From: Leucoraja ocellata
Taxonomy: Eukaryota
Direction of reading: 5' to 3'
DNA: 64,000 nt
NCBI GenBank assembly: GCA_036785375.1
Contig: JAWMAR010000064.1
Location: 9,052,001-9,116,000 of the forward strand
Position 1 is the stretch's first letter. Every line of letters starts with the position of its first letter. This document shows positions 24,992 through 37,503 of the stretch, one piece after another. The position numbers and the translations under genes are program-made. The notes under the pieces were generated by a model. The model was not told the origin of the DNA. It made no database searches and worked only from the letters and a program-made list of their open reading frames with translations.

Positions 24992-25610
24992 ACCACATTA
25001 ATTGACAGCAGATCTATTTTATTTATAAATGGAAAGAATCCAACCCTCTGACCACACTCCATTGGTACTCTGAAACTATATCATGTTTTAATTTAGAAAA
25101 ATCAGGATTGACATTGTTGAACCCTTGGTTAAACTTGATTAAGACTTGGGGAAATATTATTCAACACTTTCATACAACATAAATTGCTCCCTCTCAAACC
25201 GTTATAAAAACTATTTTACCTTTATATGGTGGAACGGACTTGACGACAAACAGACTTAAATTGGTGAAATTCTCAGCTCAGATTCTGTTTTCCTTCCTAT
25301 TTTTTCTTTAGTTTAGGGGGGTTTTGTTTCTTCCTTTTTCCCCTTTTTCTTTTTTTTCTTTTTATCTTTGTGTTTTTTTTTCTACATATATAAGTTTCCT
25401 TTTAAACATTTAACTATATTTACATAGAGGTCTATATTCAATGTGTATTTTGACATTGGACTCATATTTAGGTTATACCTGTTATTAATGTAATCCTGAT
25501 GCATATGTATCAATATCATTGTTATTTTATCATTATTCTTTTTGCTTTGTTTTTTTTTGTTCTGTTTTTGTTTATGGAAAAAAAACGAATAAAAAGATTT
25601 AAAAAGAAAG
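24992..25610 (+). mobile_element. 5'-truncated L1-like 3' end
   Basis: T-rich UTR, AATAAA and A-rich tail; imperfect TSD AAGGGCCAAAT/AAGGCCCAAAT. Confidence 0.55.
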
Positions 25611-27096
25611 AAAGGCCCAAATGCCTCTAAGGTGGAACTAGTGTAGATGGGGCTTGTTGGCCAGTGTGGGTAAGTTGGGCCGAGGGCCTGTTTCCACACT
25701 GTATCAATCTATCACTCTGTCTCCACTCCCCACCTCTATACGTTTGCCATGCAATATCCAAACCAGCATCAGAAGACAATTATTCTTGCTCCTTATTTGG
25801 GTCAGAACTCTTCACTTTAGCTTACCCAAATTTGATGCTCTCTTCAGCAGCAGTTCCAATGAAGAACAGCCAAGGCAGAATGTTTCACAGTTCACTTCTC
25901 ACTTCACACAGGTCATGAAGATATGCACGATTAATAGTCATGGAAATCTGTAAAATAAGAAAGAATTAGTCCATTTGTACCATGCCTGCTCTGCTATTCA
26001 ATTCGATAATAGAGGATCATTTATCTTGACATCATATTCCCGTTTTCACCCCATAACCATTGATGCACTTTGTGACTATAAATGTATATTTCTCTTTCTT
26101 AAATAGGTTCACCAACTTGGCCTCCATAGCTCCCTGTGGTAAAGAAGTTCACTGTGCTCTGAGTGAAGAAATGTTCCTTCATCTTGGCCATGAATCTCTT
26201 GCCCTGTAACCTGAGAATGTCAGCCATTGCTCCAAGCATCCAGGCCAAGTGAAAATCCTCCCCACAAGGATTTGTCAGAATTGGATTATCTCGCATTCTT
26301 CAAAAAAACTTAGCTGATATAATCTCTTCTGACACACTATTTTGAGGATTCATTCTGGTGACTCTTTGTCAAATTCCCTCAATTCCAATATAATTTCTTT
26401 GACAAGGAGACAGCAGTACACATTGCTACAAGTGTAGTCTCACCAAGGTCCTGTATAATATCCTCGCTCCTGTACTCAACTTCTTCTGCAAGCACAGGTG
26501 TCAGAGGTTATGGGGAGAAGACAGGAGAATGGGGTTAGGAGGGAGAGATAGATCAGCCATGATTGAATGGCAGAGTGGACTTGATGGGATGAAAGGCCTA
26601 ATTCTATTCCTATTCCTTATGACCTTAAGACCTGATGAACACACTCAAAATATCATTTTGTTTCATAACTCCTAACATTTTCTTTCCTAACTGCTTCATC
26701 TACATATATAGCTTCATTGACTGGTTCAGGACCTTCAAATATCTTTATTCATCCACTCTTCCCTTAATACCACATAAATAACACAATGATACTTTGATAA
26801 CCTCAATTCCAAGTATAACTTTTCTTTGACAAAGAGACAAAACAGTACACAATGCGACAAGTGTAGTCTCACCAAGGTCCTGTATAATTACAGCACAAAA
26901 TCCACACTCCTGTACACAACTTCTTCTACATACACATTGAAAATATCATTTTGTTTCTTAACTCTGAACATTTTCTTTCTTAAATGTTTGTTTCACCTAC
27001 ATCTTTTGCTTGAAGATAGACACAAAATGCTGGAATAACCCAACAGGACAGGCAGCCCGGGGAAGCTGTCTGTCCCGCTGAGTTGCTCCAGCATAT

Positions 27097-27463
27097 TATA
27101 GACAATAGACAATAGGCGCAGGAGTAGGCCATTCGGCCCTTCGAGCCAGCACCGCCATTCAATGTGATCATGGCTGATCATCCCCAATCAGTACCTCGTT
27201 CCTACCTTCTCCCCATATCCCCTGACTCCGCTATTTTTAAGAGCCCTATCTAGCTCTCTCTTGAAAGCATCCAGAGAACCTGCCTCCACAGCCCTCTGAG
27301 GCAGAGAATTCCACAAACTCACCACTCTCTGTGAGAAAAAATGTTTCCTCGTCTCCGTTCTAAATGGCTTACTCCTTATTCTTAAACTGTGGCGACTGGT
27401 TCTGGACTCCCCCAACATCAGGAACATGTTTCCTGCCTCTAGCGTGTCCAAGCCCTTAACAAT
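27097..27463 (-). mobile_element. CR1 3' end inserted in a Penelope-derived palindrome (27011-27510)
   Basis: IVKGLDTLEAGNMF...KHFFSQRVVSLWNSLP; the host repeat resumes at 27464. Confidence 0.85.
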
Positions 27464-27639
27464 GTTGTGTCTATCTTCGGTGTAAACCAGCATCTGCAGT
27501 TCCTTCCTATATACTTCTTTAGCTTCATTGACTAGTTTAGAAAAAACATAGAAAATAGGTGCAAGAATAGGCCATTCAGCCCTTCGAACCAGCACCGCCA
27601 TTCAAAAATGTTTTTGAGTTTCTTACCTTGCCGGAGGTG

Positions 27640-28222
27640 TGATTAATTTTCAGATCGCATTCTCCGGTTGCTCTGCGGCCTATCATCGATGGAGCTGGAG
27701 GCCTCCTTGGACTGACTTTGGGCATCACTGCGGGGCGTGGATTTAACATCGCAGCCGAGCCTTTTCCTGTGATCGCTCCAACCGCGGCCTGAGGACTTTA
27801 CCATCAAGACCTTGCAGTCTCGGGAGAGGCTAGTTGGGAAGCTGCAATGACACAGAGGCTCGACCAGCCCCAACACGAGGTCCGATTGTCTGGTGCGGGG
27901 GAGCTGACATTCCCCCGTTGCAGGAGCTAATCACCCCAATGCGGAGGGCCCAAACTGCGCCGTCTACGGGAGTCAAGACCATCCCGTCAACGGAAGGTTC
28001 GAGGCCCCCGACAGTGGGAGAGCAAAGAAGGGAAGAGATTTGAACTTTTTTTCAACTTCCATCATAGTGAGGAATGTGGAGGAGTCACTGTGGTGGATGT
28101 TTATGTTAAAATGTATTTTGTGTGTTCCGTTGCTTTTTATTTGCATGACTGACTTGGCAAATTAAATTCCTCGTAAGTTGCAAAACATACTAGGCTAATA
28201 AAGTGTTATTTTGATTGATTGA
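27640..28222 (+). mobile_element. Non-autonomous retroposon related to 13727-14918
   Basis: Shared CCATCATAGTGAGGAATG...CACTGTGGTGGATGTT...AATAAAG 3' region. Confidence 0.55.
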
Positions 28223-28719
28223 TAATACAATGATATTTTGATATCCTGCTATTTACTGTATCTATTCAGAAGTTCACTACCTTGCTCACCAAACACTGAT
28301 TCTATGCTCCCTTTAAAACACCAGCTCCCCACTCCCGACCCTCCTTTCATCAGACTGGGACACGTTCTCCACCTTTAAACTCATCTGGGTCCTGTTCCCA
28401 TATTCCCCTTAAAGGCAGTAAATGCATCCAACTAGATATATTCAATTGAATAAATGTATTGATTAAAAAAAAGAAAAGGAATTTGTTCAAAACACATTTA
28501 ATTAATGGAATTTAATTCCAAGCTCTGAATTTTATTTCTGAATCACCTGATTTTGTTTCCAATGCTTCCTTCAAACTTACCATGGTCTTCTTTGCTGCAT
28601 CCAATTGAAACCTGTAGGGTTTATTGGATAATTTATTATTCTATAGTCAATAAAATCTGCTAATCCAGCAACACCAAACTCCAGATGATGCTGGATTAAT
28701 AGAGTTTTACTGTAAACTA

Positions 28720-29070
28720 CTTTTCAATTTTTCCTACTAAGATTGCTAACAATGTGTATCCGCAATGTGCTGCATCTGTCATGTTTTTGCTCACCCACTC
28801 AATCTGTCTAAGTCAACTTGAACTCTCTCTGCAACCTCCTCACATTTCACCACCCAATTTAGTGTGATCAGCAAATTTGAAATACACTTGATTGCCTTTT
28901 CCAAATCATCGGAAGATACTGTGAAATAGTTGAGGCCAAGTACTACCACCTCAATAAAGACCCATTTGTTTCTACTCTTTTTCAATCCATGTTAATAAAT
29001 TGCCCCGAGTGGTGTGTGCTTTAATTTTGTACACCAACTTTCTGAAAATGCAAGTACACCACATCCTCAA
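28720..29070 (-). mobile_element. Old CR1 RT fragment
   Basis: VVKCEEVAERVQVDLDRLS on the minus strand. Confidence 0.65.
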
Positions 29071-29089
29071 AACTCTCCAGTATGTTGAA

Positions 29090-29655
29090 CAAACACGGCT
29101 GCGATGGCAGACATCTCCCAGGAAGCTGCTGAGAAGCCTCGTGGGTCGGAGCTGGAGCCTTGCGAGTCGGAGCCTCATGGGTCAGAACTGGAGCATTGCG
29201 GGTCAGAGCCGGGGCCTTGTGGGTCGGAACCTTGCTGGTCGGAGCTAGATCTTTGATGGTCACAACCGGAGCCTTGCGGGTTGGAGCCTCGATTGTGTAG
29301 AAGGTCGGTGCGGCTGTCATCAAGGGCGCAGTCACAGAGGTCGATCGTTAAGGGTTGCCGGCGGTCAAGTGGGAATGGGAGGCTATGCAACCGGGAACAA
29401 TGGAGGGACTGCCGTGAGGGGGAAGGAAGAAGAAAGGAGGGCCAGACATGGGGGGATCATCATCAGGGGGAGAAAGAGCAATGGAGGACCCGGCGTGGAG
29501 GAACGCCATGTGGGAGTTGGGTAGAACAATGGTGAACCTTTGTACTTTGTCAGCGTACTTTATGTGGTGACTATTTGCATACCTTGGGTACGCAAGCAAA
29601 GAATTTCACTGTGACTTGTCACATGTGACAATAAAATATTCAATTCAACGCAATT
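29090..29655 (+). mobile_element. Non-autonomous retroposon with GTCGGAGC subrepeats; second copy at 30810-31080
   Basis: Both copies share ACAATGGAGGACCCG...CCTTGGGT..CGCAAGCAAAGA...ATAAAATATTC. Confidence 0.65.
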
Positions 29656-29739
29656 CGATTTCCCTGAGAACCGACATAATAAGCAGTCATATCCACACAT
29701 TAGTCTCTCTGAAATGATAAGTGAATTTGATGCATTGAT

Positions 29740-30602
29740 TAGGTATGTTACAAAACGTACCTGAATCGTGGCTGAGCATCTGCCCCTCCCCTTGTGTGTG
29801 ATTTTGGAGCTGTTTGGAGGGGGCGGGTTTAAAACCCGATTTTTACTAGGCTGTTCCAATCGCAGATGTTCAGCCTAGTAAAGCATTAACGGAGAATCGC
29901 TGCAAGACCCGGTCCCAAAAGCTATTATTAGTTTTATAGGCCTCGAAGAGTAGATATAATAAATTTAAAAGCTCTCGTTCAGTTCGCAAGCTCTGGCAGC
30001 CCCAGGGTTTTATAAAGCAAACAATTAAAGGTATGTACCTTATTTTTACATTAAATGGGGCATGTATATAACCCTATAATTATAATTTTCTATAGCGAGT
30101 AGCTCATTTTGGGCTTTTTATATCCCCCAGTATTTTTCTCGGCATTTGAGGGCACTAATCCAGCGCGCTGTCAACATTCTAAACCTGCGCGTTCCACATG
30201 AACCCACTAGAAAACCGATTTAAATGGGCATTTATTTACAGCAATTGAACACTAAATTCCTTCCATTTGGCCTATAAATTAATGTAAATTAGATATAAAA
30301 ATCATGTTATATTGTGAATTATTTGTGAATAATCTTTGGACACTTAGGCTATTTAAAAATGTTAATCTTTCCTTAAGAAATGTGCTTTTGACTATCTAAG
30401 ATCACAGCTTTTTTGTAATGCCCATTGAAAATCAATAGGGAACAAGATGCTAATTTCCGAGTATGAAAATGGTCATAACTTTTTTAATACTTGAGATATG
30501 AAAGTGAATTTGGTGTCAAATTAAACTTATTGTTATGCTTTATCTGATGGGATAAATTGCAGACTTGATTTTTTTAAATCTCAAAATTTTGTAACATTGC
30601 TA
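29740..30602. mobile_element. hAT-like MITE, complete copy
   Basis: Imperfect TIR TAGGTATGTTACAAAA / TTTTGTAACATTGCTA; CATTGAT repeated on both flanks. Confidence 0.8.
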
Positions 30603-31146
30603 CATTGATATTGCTGATAGATACAATTACTGCTTACATTGGTTGGAATAATTGTACTCATGTTCAATATTCTTTCAGCTAAAGTTTGATTTGAAGTATA
30701 ATCAGCATTGTGTGGGAAAATGATTATGAAATACTGTACGTACTATCTGAAAAACTTGCTTCATTCTTCCCCCAGCATTGTCATGGTTCAGTGCACTGAA
30801 AATGGGCATCATCACTGCGGTGGCGGCGGTGAAGCCTCGCGGGTTGACCAGTGGAACCACCATGATGGGGGGGAGAGGAAAGAACAATGGAGGACCCGAC
30901 GTGGGGAGACCGCCATGAGGGGGGGGGGGGGGGGAGTGGAGAACAAAGGAGGAACCTTCGTGCCCAGCGGGGGCCCTTTGTAACTTTGTCAGTGCCCTTT
31001 ATGTAGCGGCTGTTTGCGAACCTTGGGTTACGCAAGCAAAGACTTGTCACATGTGGCGATAAAATATTCCATTCCACTCCAAATCTGTAAAAGTGAAATT
31101 GCTGGTTCCTGCTTTCAAACGTCTATAAATGGAAAGGTTTCCCTAA

Positions 31147-31270
31147 AGGGCCTGTGCCACATGCACGGCCTAATCCTGGAGTCCAGAAGACTGTCTTCGA
31201 CCTTCAAGCTTGAGGGCACTCGCCTGGAAAGCCTCGAGCTGGATCGACTGACCACGCGCACGCACGCACA

Positions 31271-31356
<86 letters not shown>

Positions 31357-31899
31357 GCGAAAGCTGGGGAGCGCTGTATGCGCGATGAAGAGGAAGGTAA
31401 ACGGCTGCACAGTTATTGTAAGTCCTTTAGAGAGCGCGGAGGGGGGGTGGAGAGAAGGGGAAAGAAGGGGAGAGAAGGGGGAGAGAAGGGGGGGAGAAGG
31501 GGGAAAAGGAGTGGAGACACTTTTAAGAAGTATAATAAAGTTTGGTGGGCATTTAACCAGTAGGTCTTCCTCGGTCCTGAAAACTACAATCAAATCAAAA
31601 TGCCTGGTGAGTGAAGAAGATTGCCTATGGTTGCCCTCGACTGCCTGTAAGTAAATAGTGACCCCACCACTGCATTACGAGTTTAAAAGACCCATACCGA
31701 CCAAATTTTACTCGCGGAAAATGTTTAAATATACCGAAACATTTTCCGCGACCTAGCTGAGGCTGCGAGTATTCGGGAACTTCCCTTGAAAGTTCCTGCC
31801 ACCTCATAGGACCTCCTAGTGTTGACCATGCTGTGAGTTTGAGTCGAGGGCAAATTCTTCTAAACTCGCAGATTAGCTCGCCGCAGTTGGACAGTCCCT
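31147..31899. mobile_element. PIF/Harbinger-type element containing (CA)n at 31272-31354
   Basis: AGGGCCTGTGCCAC...GGACAGTCCCT with TAA TSD; right arm homologous to 3940-4130. Confidence 0.8.
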
Positions 31900-32406
31900 T
31901 AATTCATGTTGGTTAGTATTTGGTACAGTAATCAATATGTACTGGTAAATTAAAAGATGTTGGACAGAATTGCACTGGAACCAACCCATTCTCCTGGCCA
32001 CCCCGTGGCACTAGAATTTGCTGGTGGTGTATGTGCATAGTGTTACTGGTGTCACTGCTGTGAACATCCTGTATTCAATAACAGGCCCAGCCACTGGACC
32101 ACCGGTGGTTGAAACTAAAGCGCCGCCCATGAAGATCTGAGGTGACTTTCTGATAACTTGAACCATCCGAAGATCTCTCCCAATGTATCCAAATCTCTCT
32201 ATTTTATTTTGAAGTCACATGAGTGACTACGTGAAGAAGCCCGCCAGCCCGCATGTGCGTCAATACGTCTAACGCATGGCGCACGACTGGCTGGGAGGAG
32301 GGTCGCTCCTCCAGCGGTAAGTTTTAAAACCTCAAAGGTAAGTTTTCAACTTATTTTTGAAGTCGTTTTGTTTCGTGTTTCTTTTCACAGTGGTCTCCGA
32401 CGAATC

Positions 32407-33507
32407 ATGGAAAGATCCAAGGCCAACAAATCCAGACGGGCCGCGGGGAAACCAGCAATGGGGGACCAAGGGAGTTTGGGTAGCCGGTGACCATCTGTTT
32501 CGCCTTCAGAGTCGCTGACAGTGCGGTCAGTGACTTCATACTTGGTGCCTGCACAGAGCACTTTGGCAACACCTAAAGGGGGTAAAGCCAAACGCAAGTC
32601 TGACAGGCCTGTATACTCGGATGAGTCAGGCCAGGAGGATTTCCCTCCTACACCTGTGGGTAACATCTACGGGCATTTATCCAATATGGCGCACCTCATG
32701 GAGAGGATGCTCATTCACAATATGCTTCGTGATATGGAGGCATATCAACGCAGGTCTACCTGTATGCCTGCGGCAGCGCCTGGTCCAAGGCTGCTTAGTG
32801 CCTCCCACTCTGATGAGGGGAGTGTCAGGGGTCAGTATATGACTGACTCCGAAAACGGATGTATGTCAGAAGGACATACTGGGATGCATGAAATTCGCGA
32901 GGCTCATATACAAGAGTTGCCTGCCCTTGCATCTAGATCTGTGATACCTTCGCAAACAGGCGAATCTCTTCAAGAAGAACTGGCCTCCAGCATCAATTAT
33001 CTCACATCGCACCAACTGCAAGAACTAGCCATGGTTGAAACGGCTGCGAAGTACCACATGCCAGCGAATTATGCATCTTTAAAAGTGCCGGCGGTCAACA
33101 GTTCCATTTGGGGTTACATTGGAGGTGGCATCAAGGCCCAGGAGATGAAGCTCCAGCGGATTCTCAAATGACTATCTTCAGGCATCACGGCTTTTGCCAG
33201 ATCAGTAGATGTCGGGCCACTATCGTACATCCAGCAAGATGCCCAGGCGTTAATGTGCAATGCACATTTCGAGATGAACTGTTTCCGCAAGAACGCCATT
33301 AGGCCTGCATTAAACCCGAAGTTTGCAGGTCTGTGTAGGGCCAGTAACGTCCAACCGCCTAATCTCCTGTTCGGAGAAGACCTGCCTACACAAGTGAAAT
33401 ACCTACATGGCAAAGCCAAAGCTGTAGGTTTAATCAAAGCGTCTGCTGCGGGAAACTCTTCACTGTTTCGGCATCAGCATCCCTATCCCTCCACTAGCAA
33501 TAAGTGA
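32407..33507 (+). pseudogene. DIRS gag-like ORF1, interrupted by stops
   Basis: PANYASLKVPAVNSSIW...LQRI and RKNAIRPALNPKFAGLC...LLFGEDL, typical of DIRS ORF1. Confidence 0.7.
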
Positions 33508-34069
33508 TTTGCTGAAACTAGTGGCAGCTCTAAAGCTGATCTTCTCAGGCATAGGTCTTTTCTAGACCAACGCCCGGCCCGGCCGTCATGGAAAATGCTC
33601 AATCCTCGCACCCTGCAGTTCTAGCCTCCAAACGGAGGGGACGGAAACAGAACCCTTATTAGGGCCATTGGGCCTGCTATCAGACCACTGGTAACCATGG
33701 AGGTAGGTGGGTCTGGTTCTTTCCGGAACATGAGATGTGTGGACCAGTTACAAGTTGGTGGTAGATTACACTTGTTTTTGCATGAATGGCGGTGGATAAC
33801 TTTAGACCCGTTTATACTGCACAGTATGAAGAAATTCAACATTGAATTTTTACCAGCATTGCTCCAGTGACATTTTGATCAGTAAACCTTTAATTATACT
33901 ACAAACTGATGCAAGTGCACAAGGATAGGGAGCTACTAATACCATCTCTAGTTGTGGCAGCAGATGGGATATGCACAAGTTACCATTTATCCATCTATAT
34001 GGTATCAATTACCTGGAGATGCTGGGGTCATTCTATGGGTTGAAGGCATAATCTGCATGTCCGACTGCA

Positions 34070-34680
34070 AATTGATAACACTACAGCGGTGGCATATATT
34101 AATCACATGGGTGGTATCAGATCAGTATTCTGTGATAGTTTAGCGAACCTCATTTGGAGCTGGTGTATTGAAAGAAGGGTTTGTATCTCAGCTACCTACT
34201 TGCCAGGTAGGTTTAACACGGTGGCAGACACTAGGTCAAGTAAATTTAATGATAACACAGAATGGATGTTTGATCACAAAGTGTTTAATGACGTTATTGC
34301 TCGATATGGAATGCAGGATATTGATTTGTTTGTATCTAGGCTTAATCACCAGTTGCCAAAATATGTTGCATGGGAGCCAGACCCAGGGGCAGTAGCGATA
34401 GATGCATTCTCGTTACACTGGGGAGGAATGTTCTTTTATGCCTTTCCTCCCTTTTGCCTCATCAGCCAGTGCTTGCTAAAAATCAATCAAGATTCCACTT
34501 CAGGTATTTTAGTAGTGCCTGACTGGCCTACTCAGCCATGGTTCCCGTTGATGTTAGGAATGTTAACGGAATAATATATGGTTATCAGCAAGCACAAAGA
34601 TTTACTTGTTCATCCCATGACTCGGGAATCTCACCCTCTGCATGACAAGATCAACTTATTGATTGCAGAGTTTAAGAAGA
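34070..34680 (+). pseudogene. DIRS RNase H C-terminus plus DNA adenine-methyltransferase-like domain
   Basis: AYINHMGG...YLPGRFNTVAD, then DIDLF.SRLNHQL...DAF...YAFPPF...VVPDWPTQPWFP. Confidence 0.88.
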
Positions 34681-35615
34681 CCTTTTCTGGGGCTCGGATT
34701 ATCCAACCGAATGGTGGCGTGATCACTGCAGCTTGGCGGGACAGAACCAAGAAGCAGTACATTTCCTACATAAAGCTATGGGAAGTGATTTTTGTAAATT
34801 CAAATATAACATAGTACGGCATGTATAGCTGATGTCTTAGAGTTTCTTTCGATGTTAATTTTGATAGAAGATTGTGTTATAGTGCCATCAACACTGCTAA
34901 AAGTGTTTTATCATCATACTTGCCGCTGGGATCGGAACACCACTCTGTCGGGTCTCACCCTTCGATATCCTAATTCATGAGGGGTATCTTCAACATAAAT
35001 CCTCCCAGGCCCAGGTACACGGAAGTATGGAACGTTAACGTTGTGCTTCGCGGTTGGGCTCCAGCTGCATCTTTATCTTTGGTCCGGCTCACCTATACGG
35101 TAATAATGCTCATGGCGCTGGTTTCAGCGCCACATGTCCAGTCATTCCATAAGCTAAGGCTGGACAGGACGGTTATGTCTTACAATAAGATAACGAGTTA
35201 ATTAAGCAAAGTAGACCGGGTGTGTTAGGTCTTAAGCTGGAGTTTTTAGCATATCAAACTGATCGTAGATTATGTGTTGTCACATATATTTAACAATATA
35301 TAAAGACTACGAAGAACCTTAGAGGCACTGAACTGGCTATGTTCATCAGTCATAGGAAGCACACAAGAGGGTATCGATGCAGATCATCTCTAGGTGGTTG
35401 AGCCATGTATTGGCTTTCGCAGGAGTGGACACTGATATTTTTAAATCTCACTCTACCAGGACTGCAAACAACATCGGCAGCGAGGGTCATGGAAGTTCAG
35501 CTGGACTGCATCCTAGCAACAGCAGAATGGTCGAATGAGCGGACTTTTCAAGCCTTTTACAATAAGCCTATTACCAGGCCCGGTTCGTTTGCCAATACAA
35601 TTTTGAGGTCTGTTA
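34680..35615 (+). pseudogene. DIRS tyrosine recombinase, frameshifted
   Basis: MRGIFNINPPRPRY..VW, MLMALVSA, HSTR (CACTCTACCAGG) and W..ERTF..FYNKP. Confidence 0.85.
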
Positions 35616-36307
35616 AATTTTTTTTTTCTTTTCCCGGATGTAAGGGACCACTATTATTATTACTTTCATTAAAAGCATCAGCATGTTTTAATCTATATCA
35701 TGTCTGAATGCACTATGTTTTCAATCATATCTGGTCAACTGATGCAGTGTGTTTGCATCGGGTTCACGGCATGAAATCACAGAGCTTTGAAATCTTGACG
35801 TAGTCACTCACTTTTTACATGCCCTCCACTCCCAACCCTATTCTCATAAAGATCATTTGGTAGTTCTAGTTTCTTATCTTCCTATAGTTAGGTCAGCGAT
35901 TGGTCTGTGATTTCATACGGCTGCTTTAAAGATTGACACTCATGCGGGTTGGCGGGCTTCTTCACGTAATCCCTCATCGCAACCTCATAAAATAAAGATC
36001 AAACTTCAAACGGTAAGTTCTCGTTTAATCTTTCCAACAATGAACACAATGAAGTGAAGTGAATTGTTTAATAAAATGTGTTAATGGATTAATTTAAAAA
36101 TAAATTGTTTATAACATATTTAATTATTGAAAGTTAATTCAAAACAATTTGTCATTAAAATGAAATATAAAAAAGCTATATGCCTTTATTTACCTTTTAA
36201 CGAGCCTTGGTGACTACATTGAATTAATTAAATGCCTCATGAAACGGCAATGGCTGGTATTGAGGAAAGATATTATGAGATATTATGAGCAAGATATATA
36301 TTCAGCT

Positions 36308-36580
36308 GAAGACACTCAAAAAGTTGGAGCAACTCAGGTAGCTTCTAAGGAGAGAAGGAATGAGTGACATTTCGGGTTGAGACCCTTCTTCAGACTGAAA
36401 GTCATGGGAAAGGGAAACGGGAGATATGGGCGATAATGTAGAGAGATAAAGAACAATGAATGAAAGATGTGCAAAAAAGTAACAATGATAAAGAAACAGG
36501 GCATTGTTAGCTGTTTGTTGGGTGAAAACAAGAAGCTGGTGCGATTTGGGTGGAGGAAGGATAGAGAGAGAGAGAGGGTA
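36308..36580 (-). mobile_element. Penelope pLTR fragment
   Basis: Reverse complement CTGAAGAAGGGTCTCAACCCGAAATGTC plus adjoining UTR. Confidence 0.6.
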
Positions 36581-36929
36581 TGGTTTTATATTCAGCCTCG
36601 CACCTTAGTAACAGAATGCCCCTGGACTCAGTTTTCAAGTCCAAGCAAACAAAAGGTCACCTTTGCCTGCATCTGATCAGCAGTACATTCTGCACTCTAA
36701 TGCGCTGGGAGGTGTGGAATGAGCTGATGCTTGCGTTGCAGTTAGTTGTACTGTGATTCTCTATAGAACTGTTAGTGTGATCTCACTATATTGCCAAAGA
36801 CAATTGGAAAAACATCCTTCATTTGCATTGTGCCTGGTGCAATTCTAAAATGATCTTCCACTTCCACGAAGAACTTGTGAAGTGGGTAACATAGGATGCT
36901 GGTCTACATAGCCATTGCCCTGCAGGCAC

Positions 36930-37503
36930 GGAGCTCTGGAACAATACCATAAAAGATTCTGAGGATCAGCTGGGAGGACAAACACACGAACATCAGCGTT
37001 TTGCCAACATGACCAGCATCGCCACCACAATAATGCAGCACCAACTTCGATGGACTGGCCATGTTATCCCCATGTCCAACTCACATCTCCCTAAACAGAT
37101 CCTGTACTCTCGACTGAAGGAAAGTCGGCGAGCCCCCGACGGGCCAAAGAAATGCTTCAAGGACAACATCAAGAACAGTTTGAAGAAATTCCACATCACA
37201 TCGAGCAACTGGGAGCACATTGCACTGGACAGGCGCTCCTGGAGGAAATCCGTGCAGGAAGGAGCTGCACGTCATGAAATGGAACTACGCCGTGTCGCAG
37301 AGACAAAGCGACAGCACCGCAAGGAGAGAGAGAAGGGGGCTCGACGACTACCAACCAGTCTCCCCTGCCCACGTTGCACCAAGGTGTGTGGATCTCGGAT
37401 CGGCCTCCACAGACATCTGCAGACCCACAAGTAGACGACCCTATGGAGAGGAGAGGAGAGGACAGTCATACTCGTTTTGAGTGACCACCGATGTTGATGA
37501 TGA
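36930..37503 (+). mobile_element. RTE (BovB-like) LINE 3' fragment
   Basis: QLRWTGHV.PM....LPKQILY...DRRSWR...CPRCTKVCGSRIGLHRH; (GAT)n tail. Confidence 0.88.

Larger units (their letters stand above)
24160..25720 (+). mobile_element. CR1 3' fragment split by a Harbinger MITE and an L1 3' end
   Basis: CR1 sequence resumes in register after 24874 and after ~25610. Confidence 0.75.
32202..36034 (+). mobile_element. DIRS tyrosine-recombinase retrotransposon, decayed, RT largely deleted
   Basis: Inverted termini (GTGAAGAAGCCCGCCA / TGGCGGGCTTCTTCAC); gag-like, RNase H, methyltransferase-like and YR remnants in DIRS order. Confidence 0.92.

Noticed and set aside
28646-28713. Tiny Tc1/pogo-like inverted repeat ending TTTTACTGTA
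   Set aside because: Left TIR too degenerate and TA TSD not evident.
34300-34574. Bacterial or phage DNA methyltransferase by horizontal transfer
   Set aside because: It sits at the normal position between RNase H and YR in a DIRS element.
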